NCBI RefSeq assembly: GCF_000281045.1
Contig: NW_008246456.1
Coordinates: 1 to 1,073 of the forward strand
Direction: 5' to 3'
DNA length: 1,073 nucleotides
Source: Saprolegnia diclina VS20
Lineage: Eukaryota
Of the stretch, positions 1 through 1,073 are shown in pieces. Below the pieces are notes generated by a model. That model searched no databases and was not told the DNA's origin. It saw only the letters and a list, made by a program, of their open reading frames with translations. The translations under genes and the position numbers were made by a program. The stretch's first letter is position 1; every line of letters begins with the position of its first letter.

Positions 1-219
1 CACCAAGGGTCGGCGCGTAGGGCATGGAGCGACTCGTCAAGCGAAGGCACCACGGCGCGGCGAGCCAAGTGTCGGATATGCAGCTGCCCCAGCCGTCCAT
101 GCCCGTTTCTTCGCCAAGTCTGAGGTACCCCGCTTTTTAGGTCGCACTACCTTGGTTTGCTCGTGTTGCTGATCGTCCTGCACCGTGACCTCAAGTCGCT
201 TGCGTCTGTCGAGAACTAG

Positions 220-225
220 AAAAAA
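220..225 (-). terminator. Possible Pol III-type oligo(T) terminator (T6)
   Basis: AAAAAA at 220-225 on +, i.e. TTTTTT 2 nt downstream of the closing stem of the minus-strand structure. Function is inferred from position only. Confidence 0.3.
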
Positions 226-294
226 CTGCATACAGTAGTTTTGCTCCCGGTCGTGAGGCCTGAAATGATCGCAAACACGGTCACAGAGTGAAGG

Positions 295-303
295 GTCTCG
301 AAC
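295..303 (-). promoter_or_regulatory. Pol III B-box-like motif GTTCGAGAC
   Basis: Matches the GTTCRANNC consensus on the minus strand and lies in an unpaired segment (291-305) of the fold. The motif is short and could occur by chance, and no clean A box was found. Confidence 0.25.
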
Positions 304-307
304 ACTA

Positions 308-411
308 CAGAGAGCAACGCGAGCATTGGCCTACACAAAAGTCAACACCCAACCTTCGCTGCGCTGCGGTGGGCAGACTTTTCCGTGCCAACGCTCGGTC
401 GTCGCTCTCTG
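308..411. repeat. Imperfect inverted repeat, arms 308-330 and 387-411, with inner 7-bp stem 337-343/376-382
   Basis: Left arm CAGAGAGCAACG--CGAGCATTGGC versus reverse complement of right arm CAGAGAGCGACGACCGAGCGTTGGC; read directly from the sequence. Confidence 0.9.
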
Positions 412-432
412 CACAACACTCTACTACTGTAG

Positions 433-451
433 TGCTACCCGACTGCTACCC
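433..451. repeat. Short direct repeat TGCTACCC x2 (period 11)
   Basis: TGCTACCC at 433-440 and 444-451. Confidence 0.8.
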
Positions 452-458
452 ATGTTGT

Positions 459-478
459 GTTCCCGCCAGTTCCCGCCC
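459..478. repeat. Tandem repeat GTTCCCGCC(A/C) x2 (period 10)
   Basis: GTTCCCGCCA at 459-468 and GTTCCCGCCC at 469-478. Confidence 0.85.
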
Positions 479-502
479 AAATCCGAATTGGAGCAACTAT
501 GA

Positions 503-532
503 TCCGGATACACATTGTCCGGATGCACACTG
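503..532. repeat. 15-bp tandem duplication, 13/15 identical
   Basis: TCCGGATACACATTG (503-517) and TCCGGATGCACACTG (518-532); each unit begins with the palindrome TCCGGA. Confidence 0.85.
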
Positions 533-682
533 CCTTGCCAAGGCGCTTGGTTGAACTTTGGCGACGAATATTTTGGTGCTCCAATGGCATCGCTCCATGG
601 GTCTGACGTGGCGCTGATAACTACGGAATGTGTGTTTTTTAGTCTGCATATCGCAGCAGAACTCTCCTCAAAACCACATTGT

Positions 683-716
683 TCGCAGGTTGGGCGTGGA
701 CGCCCACAAACTGCGA
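683..716. other. GC-rich stem-loop
   Basis: TCGCAG (683-688) / CTGCGA (711-716) and TGGGCG (691-696) / CGCCCA (701-706), 4-nt loop TGGA, small internal loop. Confidence 0.6.
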
Positions 717-845
717 CTTGAGTTGCCGTTTTATCACAATCACACAACAAAATATCATCTCTGGCGTCTAGAAAGCTGCACATGTATCCATTTCAGCCCC
801 ATTACACGACGGTTGGTACCCAGTGCGCCGCGTCGCATTGTCGGT

Positions 846-977
846 GTATGTGTCAGACTTAACTTGGAGTCGTATGTGGTAGTGAAACCAAGTTAAAGAT
901 GGATATAACATGCACTCTTGAGCGACCATCATTAATTAATCCCCTGCAGGGCTGGTCCCCACTAACGTTCCTACCAG
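846..977 (+). other. Putative fungal-type spliceosomal intron (donor at 846 or 872, acceptor 977)
   Basis: GTATGT at 846-851 and 872-877; branch-site match ACTAAC at 961-966; CAG at 975-977, 12 nt from the branch A. Intron lengths would be 132 or 106 nt. The spacing is typical of ascomycete introns, but there is no transcript evidence. Confidence 0.4.
859..896. repeat. Perfect 9-bp inverted repeat with 20-nt spacer
   Basis: TTAACTTGG (859-867) / CCAAGTTAA (888-896). Confidence 0.75.
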
Positions 978-1024
978 TATTATTTCCATCGGTTTGAGGG
1001 ACCACGTCAAAACCCACAGCTACA

Positions 1025-1073
1025 ATGACTCGCCAACGTTGTCGTGCATCATCACCACCAACGACGCAACAGC
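1025..1073 (+). CDS. Possible 5' end of a CDS running off the window (MTRQRCRASSPPTTQQ...)
   Basis: ATG at 1025 with A at -3 and a C/A-rich leader (CAAAACCCACAGCTACA), downstream of the putative intron. The frame is open to the window edge but covers only 16 codons. Confidence 0.2.
   Translation, partial: MTRQRCRASSPPTTQQ

Larger units (their letters stand above)
228..435 (-). ncRNA. Candidate structured non-coding RNA (long rod-like hairpin in a multi-way junction), family unassigned
   Basis: Nested complementary segments (+ coordinates): 231-239 TACAGTAGT / 423-431 ACTACTGTA (9 bp, extended by 228-230/433-435); 285-290 AGAGTG / 417-422 CACTCT; 308-330 / 387-411 (21 of 23 Watson-Crick, 2-nt bulge); 337-343 AAAAGTC / 376-382 GACTTTT; 348-350/371-373 and 352-354/368-370. 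Mismatches 307/412, 316/403, 325/392 and 347/374 are all A/C on +, so G-U on the minus strand. T6 follows on the minus strand (A6 at 220-225). Confidence 0.5.

Noticed and set aside
37..231. ORF, 64 aa, minus strand
   Set aside because: Short, no recognisable domain, and no convincing translation-start signal.
262..293. U3 snoRNA box A-like GATCATTTC (minus) and box B-like AGAGTGA (plus)
   Set aside because: They lie on opposite strands, and there are no C/C'/D boxes in the right order.
256..384. RNase P CR-I-like GGAAAAGTCTG and CR-V-like TTTCAGGCC on the minus strand
   Set aside because: The CR-I-like segment is paired inside the long arm rather than following a P3 hairpin, and the other conserved regions are not visible.
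433..532. CRISPR array
   Set aside because: The repeats are 8-15 bp, two copies each, with different sequences and no spacers.
288..554. ORF, 88 aa, plus strand, with PDTHC/PDAHC repeat
   Set aside because: GTG start, runs through the inverted repeat and tandem duplications, and the peptide repeat is just the 15-bp DNA duplication.
190..722. 10-bp inverted repeat CTCAAGTCGC (190-199) / GCGACTTGAG (713-722) as transposon TIRs
   Set aside because: No target-site duplication, and one 10-bp inverted match is plausible by chance in 1 kb.
424..783. ORF, 119 aa, minus strand, Cys-rich N-terminus
   Set aside because: The Cys spacing fits no zinc-finger family I recognise, and it overlaps three other ORFs. 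A BLASTP/HMMER hit would overturn this.
515..896. ORFs 515-721 and 630-896
   Set aside because: Non-ATG starts as called, mutually overlapping, and no recognisable family.
857..898. attC-like ACTTAAC...GTTAAAG
   Set aside because: Only 42 nt, shorter than attC sites; the right core is not GTTRRRY; no L boxes or cassette gene.
1..1073. Hammerhead ribozyme, TPP riboswitch, tRNA or rRNA
   Set aside because: No CTGANGA...GAAA core, no TPP CTGAGA/GATAAT motifs, no cloverleaf and no rRNA signature found on either strand.

Overview
No convincing protein-coding gene is present. The five ORFs are short, mutually overlapping and resemble no family I recognise. The window reads as non-coding, probably eukaryotic DNA (an inference from splice-like and promoter-like motifs). 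The strongest signal is a nested inverted-repeat structure of about 210 nt at 228-435. Four mismatches at or adjoining its helices are A/C on the + strand, i.e. G-U wobbles in a minus-strand RNA. It can be drawn as an almost linker-free four-way junction containing a B-box match and followed by a T6 run, so it is a candidate unannotated structured, possibly Pol III, ncRNA. The right part has a fungal-style intron signature (two GTATGT donors, ACTAAC branch point, CAG acceptor) and a possible start codon at 1025. Short tandem duplications, hairpins and TF-like motifs lie in between. All folding was done by eye and no database search was run.
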